A stretch of DNA of 64,000 bases. Origin: Eledone cirrhosa. Lineage: Eukaryota. Positions 1 through 11,643 of the stretch are shown in pieces (the first letter of the stretch is position 1; every line of letters starts with the position of its first letter). Under the pieces are notes generated by a model. That model ran no database searches and was not told the origin of the DNA. It worked only from the letters and a program-made list of their open reading frames with translations. The position numbers and the translations under genes were made by a program. The DNA is taken from assembly GCA_964016885.1 (NCBI GenBank), contig OZ024766.1, forward strand, positions 12,152,001 through 12,216,000, given 5' to 3'.

Positions 1-120
1 ATTTGAAAATTTTAAAGAAGTGAATCTTAAAATAACCAACAAAATTATTTATATTTAATCAAGAATAAGGAAATTTAGTATATAAATTATGTAATATTCA
101 TTCATTATTTATTCAAAGTA

Positions 121-297
121 GATTGGCAGTATTGGTAGAGGGTCGGACGCCATGCTTTCCAGCATAGTTGCGTCCCTTTACGATCTGAGTTCAAATCTCG
201 CCGAGGTTGACTTTGCCTTTCATCCTTACGGGGTCGATAAAATAAAGTACCAGTAATGAACTGGGTAATTGCTGGCCTTGTGCCTAAAGTAGAAACA
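121..297 (+). mobile_element. tRNA-derived SINE, family A, slightly 5'-truncated, with perfect 17-bp target-site duplication
   Basis: TSD ATTATTTATTCAAAGTA at 104-120 and 298-314. B-box-like GAGTTCAAATC and central GCCTTTCATCCTTACGGGGTCGATAAAATAAAGTACCAG. Near-identical inverted copy at 30386-30571. Confidence 0.9.
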
Positions 298-394
298 ATT
301 ATTTATTCAAAGTAATCCAACTTATTTTACTAAGGAGCTAAAAAATTATAAACCGTACACAGTCCTGCACTCCTTACTTTATTATAGTTTAGAT

Positions 395-395
<1 letters not shown>

Positions 396-429
<34 letters not shown>

Positions 430-1175
430 GTATATATATATAGACAGAGTGAGTATACGTATATATATACAATATAAAAGACAGAGAGAGTATACATATA
501 TATATATGTATGTATGTATGTATATATATACATATATATGTATATATATACATATATATATATGTATGTATGTATGTATATACATACATATATATGTATA
601 TATATACATATATATGTATATATATACATATATATGTATATATATACATATATATATATGTATGTATGTATGTATATATGTATGTATGTATGTATATATA
701 TACATATATATGTATATATATACATATATATATATGTATGTATGTATGTATATATATACATATATATGTATATATATACATATATATGTATATATATACA
801 TATATATATATGTATGTATGTATGTATATATATACATATATATGTATATATATACATATATATGTATATATATACATATATATGTATATATATACATATA
901 TATGTATATATATACATATATATATATGTATGTATGTATGTATATATGTATGTATGTATGTATATATATACATATATATGTATATATATACATATATATG
1001 TATATATATGCATATATATACATATATATACATATATATATATACACATATATATTTATTTACAGAGATTACATATGTTGTGTATACACACATACACACA
1101 TATATATATATATGTATGTGTAATATATATAGACAGAGAGAGTGTATATATATATATATTAAGTAAAACTTGGTT

Positions 1176-1245
<70 letters not shown>
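396..1245. repeat. (TA)n/(TATG)n/(CT)n compound microsatellite
   Basis: Direct reading; source of the IY/YI-rich spurious ORFs. Confidence 0.97.
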
Positions 1246-1248
<3 letters not shown>

Positions 1249-1280
1249 AGATGAAAAGATGGTTTAAAAAAAGTTCCAAG

Positions 1281-1351
1281 TATTTTATTATGCTCATTTC
1301 AAAAACAAATATCATCATGGGATGATATCTGTGTTCTCATCAGATAAAATA
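1281..1351 (-). ncRNA. Type I hammerhead ribozyme motif (family H1) in a Penelope pLTR-like fragment (~1248-1365)
   Basis: Minus strand: TATTTTAT-CTGATGA-long stem II (..GATATCATC/GATGATATT..)-GAAA-TGAGCA-TA-ATAAAATA. Stem I is 8 bp, cleavage triplet AUA. Confidence 0.8.
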
Positions 1352-1430
1352 GGGAGACATGATATATATATATATATATATCTTTCACAAAGTTTCCTTA
1401 TACTTTTCATCTGTTAATCACCTCCCCCTC

Positions 1431-1910
1431 CTCCACACTCACTCTCACTCACACTCACACTCACACTCACACTCTCACTCACACTCACACTCACACTCTC
1501 ACTCACACTCACACTCACACTCACACTCACACTCACACTCACACTCTCACTCACTCACACTCACACTCTCACTCTCACTCACACTCTCACTCTCACTCAC
1601 TCTCACTCACACTCACACTCTCACTCTCACTCACTCTCACTCACACTCACACTCACACTCTCACTCTCACTCACTCACACTCACACTCTCACTCACACTC
1701 TCACTCACACTCTCACTCTCACTCACTCTCACTCACACTCACACTCTCACTCACACTCTCACTCACACTCTCACTCACACTCTCACTCACTCACACTCTC
1801 ACTCACTCACACTCACACTCACTCACACTCACTCACACTCTCGCACTCGCACTCGCACTCTCGCACTCGCACTCTCACTCGCACTCGCACTCTCACTCAC
1901 ACTCTCACTC
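1431..1910. repeat. (CACT/CACACT/CTCACT)n repeat abutting the splice acceptor
   Basis: Direct reading; gives the poly-HS/LT leader of ORF 1359-2378. Confidence 0.95.
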
Positions 1911-1925
1911 TTCTCTCCTTCACAG

Positions 1926-2369
1926 GTTGAGTTCAACGGACGCCCCACCAGACTTCCGCTCACCATCCGCAACGGGCAGGTGTCCCGTGTCGGTGACGCC
2001 ATCACTGTCAACAGCCAGACGGGCTACTCTGTCAGCATTAACCCATCTGCGGGCGTGTACAGCGTCGTGGTGAGCGGCTGGTACTTCAACCGGGTTGCAG
2101 GACTGCTGGGAACCTACACCAACGAACGGTACGATGACATGACCCCAGCGCCCAGGAGAGAGCGACAGTCGGCCGAAGCGTTTCTTCGCAGTTTGGGACA
2201 GGACAGCGACTATGACAACAAGGTCGAGATGTTTGCAAACACCTGGACAGTGAGGCGTTCGTGCCAGTCTCAGAACCACGCCGAGAGACACAATGTCCCA
2301 TCAAACCCCATCTGCAATACCCTCTTCGGCACCTACTCAACATCACCTTTCAAAGACTGTTTCTCTAAG
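1926..2369 (+). CDS. Internal exon (148 codons, phase 0/0) of an apolipophorin/vitellogenin-like large lipid transfer protein: end of vWD domain and start of C8-like domain
   Basis: Acceptor TTCTCTCCTTCACAG|GTT and donor AAG|GTAGAA. GC-rich island. Peptide contains [22 protein letters not shown] (apolipophorin-type vWD motif), FANTW and CNTLF..SPFKDCF. Confidence 0.85.
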
Positions 2370-2430
2370 GTAGAATAATTCTGGATTTTATTTTAATTTC
2401 GCTTTGGTATTTTGCATTGTATATAAATAT

Positions 2431-3708
2431 ATCATCATCGTCATCATTTTACGCCCGCCTTTCCCTGCTTGCAAGGGTGGGACGGGTCCTATTCAGTACA
2501 GTACAGCATCTCTCCACATGTCACGGTCCTTCGTCATCTCCTCCGTGAGCTTCTGCTCTCACCACCTCCGCCCATGTCTTCCTCTACTGCGTCTTCCTTC
2601 CACTGGGATTTCTTGGCTCTTCTTCACCCAGCGGTCATCCTCCATGCACATCACATGTCCATACCATCTCAGTCTTCTCTCCCGCACACCACAACTTATT
2701 CCTCTTATACACAGTTTCTCTCTCAACTCATCTATGCTTCGTCGTTCACACACATTGACATTACACATCCAACAGAGCATGCTTGCCTCATTTCTCTCCA
2801 GCCATTGCATATCCTCCACAGTTGCTGCCCATGTCTCACTACCATGCAGTATCTCACATCTCACACAGGCATCATATAACCGGCCTTTCGTTCATAGGGA
2901 GAAACCCTTCTTTGTCAACAGAGGAAGCAGGTCCTAAACTTCATCCAACCCGTCCTTATTCTAGATACTGTGGCCTCGGATCACCCTCCCCACCCCCTGC
3001 CATGCTAATCTGATCACCGAGGTACCGGAAGCTATCAACCACCTCTATAGAACCCACCTGTATGTGTATGCATAAAGCCATTATACAATGTCCCCATCTT
3101 ACAGGTATTCCCCCTGGATTTTATGTCTACATGTAACAGCCAAAACAAAGCAGGTCCTAAACTTCATCCAACCCGTCCTTATTCTAGATACTGTGGCCTC
3201 AGATCACCCTCCCCACCCCCTGCCATGCTAATCTGATCACCGAGGTACCGGAAGCTATCAACCACCTCTATAGAACCCACCTGTATGTGTATGCATAAAG
3301 CCATTATACAATGTCCCCCATCTTACAAGTATTCCCCCTGGATTTTATGTCTACGTGTAACAGCCAAAACAAAGCAGGTCCTAAACTTCATCCAACCCGT
3401 CCTTATTCTAGATACTGTGGCCTCAGATCACCCTCCCCACCCCCTGCCATGCTAATCTGATCACCGAGGTACCGGAAGCTATCAACCACCTCTATAGAAC
3501 CCACCTGTATGTATAAAGCCATTATACAATGTCCCCATCTTACAGGTACACCCCGTGGATTTTATGTCTACGTGTAACAGCCATACCTTCCATTATGGAG
3601 ATGGAGAAGATGTAATGTGTCGAATCAGTGATTTTTACCTCACAGAATGTCAACACAAAGGGGTATATTTGAAGCCCTTACCTCTATGTAACCGGTAAGT
3701 GCCAGCAT
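2431..3708 (-). mobile_element. Degenerate 3' portion of an RTE-clade LINE with internal triplication
   Basis: (GAT)n tail at 2431. Peptides ILHGSETW, RRLRWYGHV, EGRRSRGR and VVDSFRYLGDQI, with stops and frameshifts. Confidence 0.85.
2925..3583. repeat. Three tandem copies of a ~223-bp RTE segment
   Basis: Units start AAGCAGGTCCTAAACTTC at 2925, 3148 and 3372. Confidence 0.95.
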
Positions 3709-3735
3709 ATCTTTTATATATATATATATATTCTT

Positions 3736-3771
3736 TCTTCTGATGAAGGACTAGCGTCTGAAACGTTAAGA
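3736..3771 (+). ncRNA. Minimal type I hammerhead motif (Penelope-type)
   Basis: TCTT-CTGATGA-A-GGAC-TAGC-GTCT-GAAA-CG-TT-AAGA; palindromic AACGTT at stem III. Confidence 0.7.
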
Positions 3772-3822
3772 CCCTCTTCCTGCTATATCAAGCGTTAACC
3801 TATATCTATATATTATATTATA

Positions 3823-3968
3823 CTAGCAGAATGGCCCGGCGTTGCATGGGATTTGCTCTAGGGTTCTTATATATTTGATGTATATTTATCCTTATCGAGC
3901 CTCGTGAAATAAATACGTTTGTTTATATTTTGTTATTGTGTATGCAAAAATATCTGTACACGAATATA

Positions 3969-4024
<56 letters not shown>

Positions 4025-4520
4025 TAACAGATTAAAGTTTAAGCAAAGAATTGCTGCTTTCACCCTTAACGGGATCTTCTGAAACTAAAAAAATTAATCT
4101 GTGAACGCAGAAGTAAATATTTCGAAAAAGGTTGCAACCGGAGGAAAACAGGAAGACGATACTTTGGTTCGTGAAGACGTTCCCTGGCATAAGAATATAT
4201 ATATATATATATATATATATACGTACTCACGATATATAGATACACACACACACACTGATTGTGTCATAATGACGTAATGCAGACAGATATTATAAGGGTG
4301 CAACGTTATATCTAACTAAAAGAAAGACTAAGAATTATAGAGAGAGATCGCTAAATCGCCTAATTTGGTCCCTGGGGCATAGAAAATTTGAAATTTTTTT
4401 TTCTCAAAGCACTCACAGGACCATAAGTATTACATGTGTAAAGTTTGAAAACAATCGGTTGGGTGGTTCTTGAGTTTTAGTGATTGGACAGACAGACATT
4501 CTCTGTTTTAGATATATAGA
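3823..4520 (-). mobile_element. Non-autonomous Helitron (~700 bp)
   Basis: Minus strand starts A|TCTATATATCTAAAA (4520) and ends with imperfect hairpin CCCATGCAACGCCGGG, 8 nt, CTAG|T (3823). Internal ~3905-4180 matches ~44500-44755 in inverted orientation. Confidence 0.8.
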
Positions 4521-5006
4521 TAGATGTGTGTGTATATGCGTATATATGTGTGTGTATATATATATGTGTATATATATATATGTGTGTGTATGCATACATA
4601 TCCCTTAATATTTCAGCATGACAGCCCTCTTGTCAAAAGAAGGGATGGGGAAGCTATGTCTAATGGTTATTATTAAAACCTTTAACTCTAATAACATTTT
4701 ATTCTCTTTTACAGACACTGAAACCATCACTGGAATTAAAATTATCAATTGAATCAAATGTAATTTATAAATCAATGAAATAAAATTATCACAAAAAATT
4801 AGACTTTATAACATTGCTATTTGTTGATTTTCTGGTTGTTTATATATACATGCATAATCCCTTAACCTCTGGGGGAGTCCTAGGGGCTACTGTATTGACA
4901 TATGGTTGGTTTTTTTTAGGGCATTTTTCAAATCTGTTAGATCCCTTCTCTTCTCCAAGTCTGAATATAGCTGATTTCTTCTAGTGAAGGAAAGAGACAT
5001 AAAAAG

Positions 5007-5070
<64 letters not shown>

Positions 5071-5073
<3 letters not shown>

Positions 5074-5547
5074 TATGAAGAGAGAAGAAACATTTAGATA
5101 TAATTAGTAATAAAATGTATCATACCTAAACTGCTCCTAGATTCCTCGACTACGTAGTTTCGTGGCATAAACAAAAACAATACATCATAAAGATATAGAG
5201 TCCCTGCGAGGTCTGCCGACTTATCAAGAGGATACCTCATTTTACTAGTCTCAAGAACGCGTCTACACGACGTGAGAAAGAATCCCAAAAGGCAGAGGGG
5301 GAGATAGTCACGCGATATAACGGTCAAGAAACAGAGCTAAGCCTCTTATAACCCCAAAGAAAATACTACAGAGGCAGAGGGGGTATTTATATCGAAGCCG
5401 TAGAAGAGGTGGTGAAGGAGGCGAGAAGTATGAGTAATGGCAGCTTTCCAGCAGTCACCACACTTCAAAGATTACTCAACCAGAGGGAGTTATTAACAAT
5501 ATATTTAGAAACATGTCCGCGTGTATCTGTGTGTTTCTAAATATATT
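5071..5547 (-). mobile_element. Solo partial copy of the 591-bp HHR-bearing repeat, in (TA)n, with a short terminal inversion
   Basis: Closely similar to 47204-47640; inversion at ~5514-5547. Confidence 0.9.
5143..5232 (-). ncRNA. Type I hammerhead, U3-A8 core variant
   Basis: TCCTC-TTGATAA-GT(C)GGCA...TGCCAC-GAAA-CTACGTAG-TC-GAGGA. Confidence 0.75.
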
Positions 5548-5830
5548 ATATATATATATATATATATTATAACGGCGATGAATTAGTTTTGCGAGGTTTT
5601 TGATATGAAATCGTGTGTCGAAACAAATATTGTTATACTTGGGGAGGGTCATATTTGTGTAATATTGCCAGAATTAATAACAGAACACACTCACTGTTTG
5701 GTTGGTTTTCGTTTCTGTGTCTTTTATATCTGTAATCTAATTTATTCGGTCCTCAATGTTGCCATTGACTGACCAACGGTCAAAAATAATACAGATACAA
5801 TATAGACACAAACACATATATATAGTTTAT

Positions 5831-5870
5831 CAGAGTTCTTTCGTTGCACATCTGCAACATCGTCAGTGGT
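5831..5870 (-). ncRNA. Minimal hammerhead motif with weak stem I
   Basis: CA-CTGACGA-T-GTTGCA-GATG-TGCAAC-GAAA-GAAC-TC-TG. Confidence 0.55.
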
Positions 5871-6169
5871 GCTATTGTTTCCTCCCGTTACATTGTATTT
5901 TCTATGCCATCTTTATTTAGTCTGTTTATATAAACAGGACTGGAACTGTTTCATAAAAACAGTTCTAGTCCTGTAGAAGCCTTTCTATATTAAATATTTA
6001 TACTCTGCTATGTATTGAGTACCTTACTTACTCTGGTTACCCCCGATTGAGCCCGGGATAAACTTATACATATACACACACGCACACACACATATATATG
6101 TAAGTATGCACATGTATACACACACACATATATATGTGTAAGTATACACATGTACACACATATTTATAG

Positions 6170-6950
6170 ATCGTGTAGGTGTCACAACCCAAAAAACACA
6201 CAGTCCACGCTGTAATATGACCGTGTAGGTAACACGGTAAAAAGCTCCCAGTTCACACTGTAATGTGGCCGTGTAGGTGACACGGTAAAAAGCTCCCAGT
6301 CCACACTGTAATATGGCTGTGTAGGTAACATGGTAAAAAGCTCCCAGTCCACACTCTCATGTGGCCGTGAAGGTAACACGGTAAAAAGCTCCCAGTCCAC
6401 ACTGTAATGTGGCCGTGAAGGTAACACGGTAAAAAGTTCCCAGTCCACGCTGTAATGTGGCCGTGAAGGTAACACGGTAAAAAGCTCCCAGTCCACACTG
6501 TAATGTGGTCGTGTAGGTAACACGGTAAAAAGCTCCCAGTCCACACTGTAATGTGGCCGTGTAGGTAACATGGTAAAGAGCTCCCAGTCCACACTGTAAT
6601 GTGGCCGTGTAGGTAACACGGTAAAAAGCTCCCAGTCCACACTGTAATGTGGTAGTGTAGGTAACACGGTAAAAAGCTCCCAGTCCACACTGTAATGTGG
6701 TCGTGTAGGTAACATGGTAAAAAGCTCCCAGTCCACGCTGTAATGTGGCCGTGAAGGTAACACTGTAAAAAGCTCCCAGTCCACACTGTAAATGTGGTTA
6801 GTGTTAGGAAAGACATCCAGCCGTAGAAAACCTGCCAGATAGTCCTATACGAGCGATACACGGTCACCCGACCAACCTTGCCTCAAGTGGGACAACTCCC
6901 GTCTAACCCATGCTAGCGTGGAAGATGGACGTTAAACGATGATGATGATG
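6170..6950 (+). mobile_element. SINE-like element (family C, RTE-type 3' tail) with its internal 48-bp unit amplified ~13x
   Basis: Unit GTGTAGGTAACACGGTAAAAAGCTCCCAGTCCACACTGTAATGTGGCC, then GTGTTAGGAAAGACATCCAGCCGTAGAAA, ending GGACGTTAAACGATGATGATGATG. Confidence 0.85.
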
Positions 6951-7156
6951 CACATGTACGCACACACACACACACATATATATACATACATACATATGTA
7001 TGTATGGGTTACATTGAACACCTGTTGGTGCAACATTGGCTCTGAGGAACAATCAACATGTTTCTGGGCTGTACTAGGGTAGGAAAATAAAATTCTGATT
7101 CTTTGCTTAAACTTTATTCTGTTCTTATAATAAATATTTGTTCTACAGGTTTATAT

Positions 7157-7412
7157 CATCATCACCATCATCATCGTTTAACGTCCATCTTCCACACCTG
7201 CATGGGTTTGGACGGGAATTTTCCCACTTGAGGCAAGATTGGTTGTCTTGCTCGTACAGGACTGTCTGACGGGTTTTCTACGGCTGGATGCTCTTCCCAA
7301 CACCAACCACGTTTACAGTGTGGGGCTGGGAGGTTTTTACTGTGTTACCTACACGGCCACATTACAGCGTGGACTGTGTGTTTTTTTTTTGTCGTGACAC
7401 CTACACGACCTC
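7157..7412 (-). mobile_element. Family C SINE-like copy with only two internal units
   Basis: Reverse complement of the 6170-6950 body and (GAT)n tail. Confidence 0.85.
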
Positions 7413-7914
7413 ATTTGTTTAGGAGTGGATGTTGTGGTACCAACATAACTTTACATTTAAGGGGGTGGGGGTAGTAGGACGGGGGTGTATTTTTGTTAAG
7501 AGGTGCCTACTGACTGTAGGTTTCGCTTTGTACTTAGGTAAGGCGGGTCTTCTGTATTACTGTGTAGCGTCAAAGATCTCGGTCCAGTGACATTGTCTTA
7601 TCGAGCCCTCTTTGTACTTTAATCTTCACATTTATTAATATATATATATAAGTATCATTGACTTGTCTCTCTTTTCCTCTCTTTACGTTGCATTACTACC
7701 ATGTTGTTTGTTTACTTTAGCTCTGTCCCAATAACTTATTTTAGTTATTACTCACACTGATTTTGAGGTATCCGGTCTTTAATGCGAAGAAATACCAATG
7801 ATAGTCAGCAGACCACTGATGATGGACAGTCCCCTTTCTCTGTCTATTTTCATTCATATGTATCACACTCGCAACAAGGCAGCACGCCATTTTTTCATAT
7901 ATATATATATAGCG

Positions 7915-8144
7915 TGAAGGCGTGTGTCTGAGGGGTTAGAGAATTGGATCCACAATCGTGAGGTTGTGAGTTCGATTCCTGGACCAGGCGATGCGTTATG
8001 TCCTTGAGCAAGACACTTTATTTCACGTTGCTCCTTCTACCTGGAGTTACGACCGATAGATAGTACGAGCAATTGGAAAGACCAACGGAAACATTGTTTC
8101 CTAGGTCCGATTTTGACGAAAGTCAATCGATCCAAAAAAAAAAA
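7915..8144 (+). mobile_element. tRNA-derived CORE-like SINE (family B)
   Basis: B box GAGTTCGATTCC, CORE-like TGTCCTTGAGCAAGACACTTTA, 3' hairpin and poly-A. Second copy at 34963-35193. Confidence 0.85.
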
Positions 8145-8167
8145 TATATATATATATATATATCATT

Positions 8168-9029
8168 CCACTGCAAAGTGGTCGTGGAGGTGCCACGGCA
8201 AAAAAGCACCCAGCACTCACTGTAAAGTGGTCGTGGAGGTGCCACAGCAAAAAAGCACCCAGCCCACACTGTAAAGTGGTCGTGGAGGTGCCACAGCAAA
8301 AAAGCACCCAGCCCACACTGTAAAGTGGTCATGGAGGTGCCACAACAAAAAAGCACCCAGCCCACACTGTAAAGTGGTCGTGGAGGTGCCACGGCAAAAA
8401 AGCACCTAGCCCACACTGTAAAGTGGTCGTGGAGGTGCCACAGCAAAAAAGCACCCAGCACTCACTGTAAAGTGGTCGTGGAGGTGCCACAGCAAAAAAG
8501 CACCCAGCCCACACTGCAAAGTGGTCGTGGAGGTGCCACAGCAAAAAAGCACCCAGCACTCACTGTAAAGTGGTCGTGGAGGTGCCACAGCAAAAAAGCA
8601 CCCAGCCCACACTGCAAAGTGGTCGTGGAGGTGCCACAGCAAAAAAGCACCCAGCCCACACTGTAAAGTGGTCGTGGAGGTGCCACAGCAAAAAAGCACC
8701 CAGCCCACACTGCAAAGTGGTCGTGGAGGTGCCACAGCAAAAAAGCACCCAGCACTCACTGTAAAGTGGTCGTGGAGGTACCACAGCAAAAAAGCACCCA
8801 GCCCACACTGCAAAGTGGTTGTGGAGGTGCCACAGCAAAAAAGCACCCAGCACTCACTGTAAAGTGGTCGTGGAGGTGCCACAGAAAAAAAGCACCCAGC
8901 ACTCACTGTAAATGAGGTTGGTGTTAGGAAGGGCATCCAGCTGTAGAAATCAAGCCAGAATCAGTTCCCGTCCCACCCTTGCAAGCAGGGAAAAACGGAC
9001 GTAAAATGAAATGATGATGAAATGATGAT
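8168..9029 (+). mobile_element. Family C SINE-like element with a 49-bp unit amplified ~15x
   Basis: Unit CACTGTAAAGTGGTCGTGGAGGTGCCACAGCAAAAAAGCACCCAGCCCA (8168-8910), then GTGTTAGGAAGGGCATCCAG. The tail matches the 3' end of the RTE at 2431-2487. Confidence 0.85.
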
Positions 9030-9033
9030 ATAT

Positions 9034-9195
9034 AAAGGCGGCAAATTGGTAGAGTCGTTAGAACGCCAGTTAGAATACTTTATGGTATTCTTTCCAGCTC
9101 TCTGCTCTCTGAGTTTAAATCCCGCCAAGGTTAACTTTGCCTTTCATGCTTTCGAGGTCAATAAAAAAAAGTAGCAGTTTAGTACTGGGGTCGAT
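9034..9195 (+). mobile_element. Diverged family A SINE
   Basis: GAGTTTAAATCCCGCCAAGGTTAACTTTGCCTTTCATGCTTTCGAGGTCAATAAA resembles 121-297. Confidence 0.7.
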
Positions 9196-9385
9196 TGTTC
9201 CTCTCTCTAGAAGAAATCTGCTGTACTCAGGGCTGGAGAAGGTTGGGCCCCACCGGGCTTAAAATGCCCGAGAAAAGTTGTATCTCAATACAGCACCCCT
9301 ACAATTCTATCACGAGTTATGAGATCATATATATACATTTATATATATATATATATATATATATACTGGTATAAAAGTAGCCAGC

Positions 9386-9980
9386 GTTAAAGTCTGTCTT
9401 AGTTTCATTGGTGTTAAGTGACTGAGAGTACAAGACTTCCCTCTGGACAGGACACCAGTCCATCACAGAGTTAATGTCTGTCTTAGTTTCATTGGTGTTA
9501 AGTGACTGAGAGTACAAGACTCCCCCCTGGACAGGACACCAGTCCATCACAGGGTTAAAGTCTGTCTTAGTTTCATTGGTGTTAAGTGACTGAGGGTACA
9601 AGATTTCTCCCTGGACAGGAGACCAGTCCATCACAGGGTTAAAGTCTGTCTTAGTTTCATTGGTGTTAAGTGACTGAGAGTACAAGACTTCCCCCTGGAC
9701 AGGACACCAGTCCATCACAGGGTTAAAGTCTGTCTTAGTTTCATTGGTGTTAAGTAACTGAGAGTACAAGACTTCCCCCTGGACAGGACACCAGTCCATC
9801 ACAGGGTTAAAGTCTGTCTTAGTTTCATTGGTGTTAAGTAACTGAGTGTACGAGACTTCCCCCCTGGACAGGACACCAGTCCACCACAGGGTTAAAGTCT
9901 GTCTTAGTTTCATTGGTGTTAAGTGACTGAGAGTACAATACTTCCCCCTGGACAGGACACCAGTACATCACAGGGTTAAA
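9386..9980. repeat. 84-bp minisatellite, 7 copies, probably SINE-derived
   Basis: CCAGTCCATCACAG recurs every 84 bp. Minus strand CCCTGTGATGGACTGGTGTCCTGTCCAGGG resembles a V-SINE-type domain. Confidence 0.9.
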
Positions 9981-9994
9981 CCACTGAACAACAT

Positions 9995-10069
9995 ATACAT
10001 ATGTAGATGTGTGTGTATATATATATGTGTGTATATATATGTGTATGTATATATATCTATCTATCTATC

Positions 10070-10108
<39 letters not shown>

Positions 10109-10230
10109 GTATGTTTATATCTGTATGCATGATTATATAAATATATAAACGTTTATATATATATGTATGTTTATATGTTTGTGTGTATATATATATATAC
10201 ACACAATGTATGTATGTATGTGTGTATATA

Positions 10231-10261
<31 letters not shown>

Positions 10262-10467
10262 GTGTATATATATATGTATGTATGTATGTGTGTATATATA
10301 TATGTATGTATGTGTGTATATATGTATATGTATGTATGTGTGTACATATATATATATGTATGTATGTGTGTATATATATATATATGTATGTATGTGTGTA
10401 TATATATATATATGTATGTATGTGTGTATGTGTATATATATGTATGTATGTGTATATATATATGTAT

Positions 10468-10499
<32 letters not shown>

Positions 10500-10718
10500 G
10501 TGTATGTATGTGTGTATATATGTGTATATATATATATATGTATGTATGTGTGTATATATATATGTATATATGTGTATATATATATATGTATGTATGTGTG
10601 TATATATATATGTATGTATGTGTGTATGTATATATATATATATATGTATGTATGTGTGTATATGTATGTATGTGTGTATATATATATATATATATGTATG
10701 TATGTGTGTATATATATA
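9995..10718. repeat. (TA)n/(TG)n/(TATG)n microsatellite
   Basis: Direct reading. Confidence 0.95.
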
Positions 10719-11643
10719 TCCGGGAGAGATGACCCCTTAGCCTTTGTCAAGGCAGAATTCTAGGAGAAGGAAAACTCTGATATAACACCTGCAACTCTGA
10801 TGGTATCCAATGATGTTGACTTGTTCTTCTTTTTGGTAAATATCATCTTGATTAAGAGAGTGGGACTGGCTTTGTGCAGTGCCTTTGCTCACTATAAAAG
10901 CTTCACGGCACAGGCATTGCTTTATATCTGGAGATATCTCTGCACTTGTCGTCACATGGTACCATGGGCCCAGCAGTATGTGTCAATAATTGTCACAAGT
11001 GTAGTGTTTGTACCAGAGTTTTCAAGTCCCTGGCTGGACTAAAAAGTCACACTCGTTCAGCGCATCGGTAGGGGTTCTCCTACATGGATATAAAGTAGTG
11101 GCCTTACTCGAAAACGAGTTGGCAGCCACCACCATATATATATATGTATATATATATATTTATGTTTATATATATATAATTAAATAGAAATTAGGTTAAT
11201 AAACTAAATAATACTAATTAAACTAAATAATAATTTATTCAATACGAAAACGTGACTGAGAATGTGTGGCTAACTTTGCAAGAAAGCATGTGTTGTAATA
11301 TATCTAAAGACCGGGAAATTAGAAGTTCACGTAATTACTATAAAACTTTATTTTCTATATTATATTAATTATGACAACGTCCATTAGTAATTTATTTAAA
11401 TGGTATTATTTATAATTAATATATAAATATATATATATAGAGAGAAATTAATTATAGAAACAAGAAAGGTATAATTAACAAACGAAACGTTACAAGATAG
11501 ACACACCCCTCATTACACTGTAGCAGAAATATTGGTGTTTCTTGCTAAATATTTTAATGACAAACTAAAACATTCGTTCATGTAATTTATTTTAACCCTT
11601 ATTTTTATATGGTGGTATTTATCTAGGGTCTTTCATAACATAT

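Noticed and set aside
5936-5972. ~16-bp hairpin as terminator or ribozyme stem
   Set aside because: No flanking CUGANGA/GAAA core, and intrinsic terminators are irrelevant in this eukaryotic context.
7915-7990. tRNA gene (also 34963-35040)
   Set aside because: A/B boxes are present but continue into a CORE-like body and poly-A in two dispersed copies, so this is a SINE head.
10720-11115. Possible LINE 5'UTR or SINE fragment between (TA)n tracts
   Set aside because: Looks element-like but has no second copy or diagnostic motif in the window to support a call.
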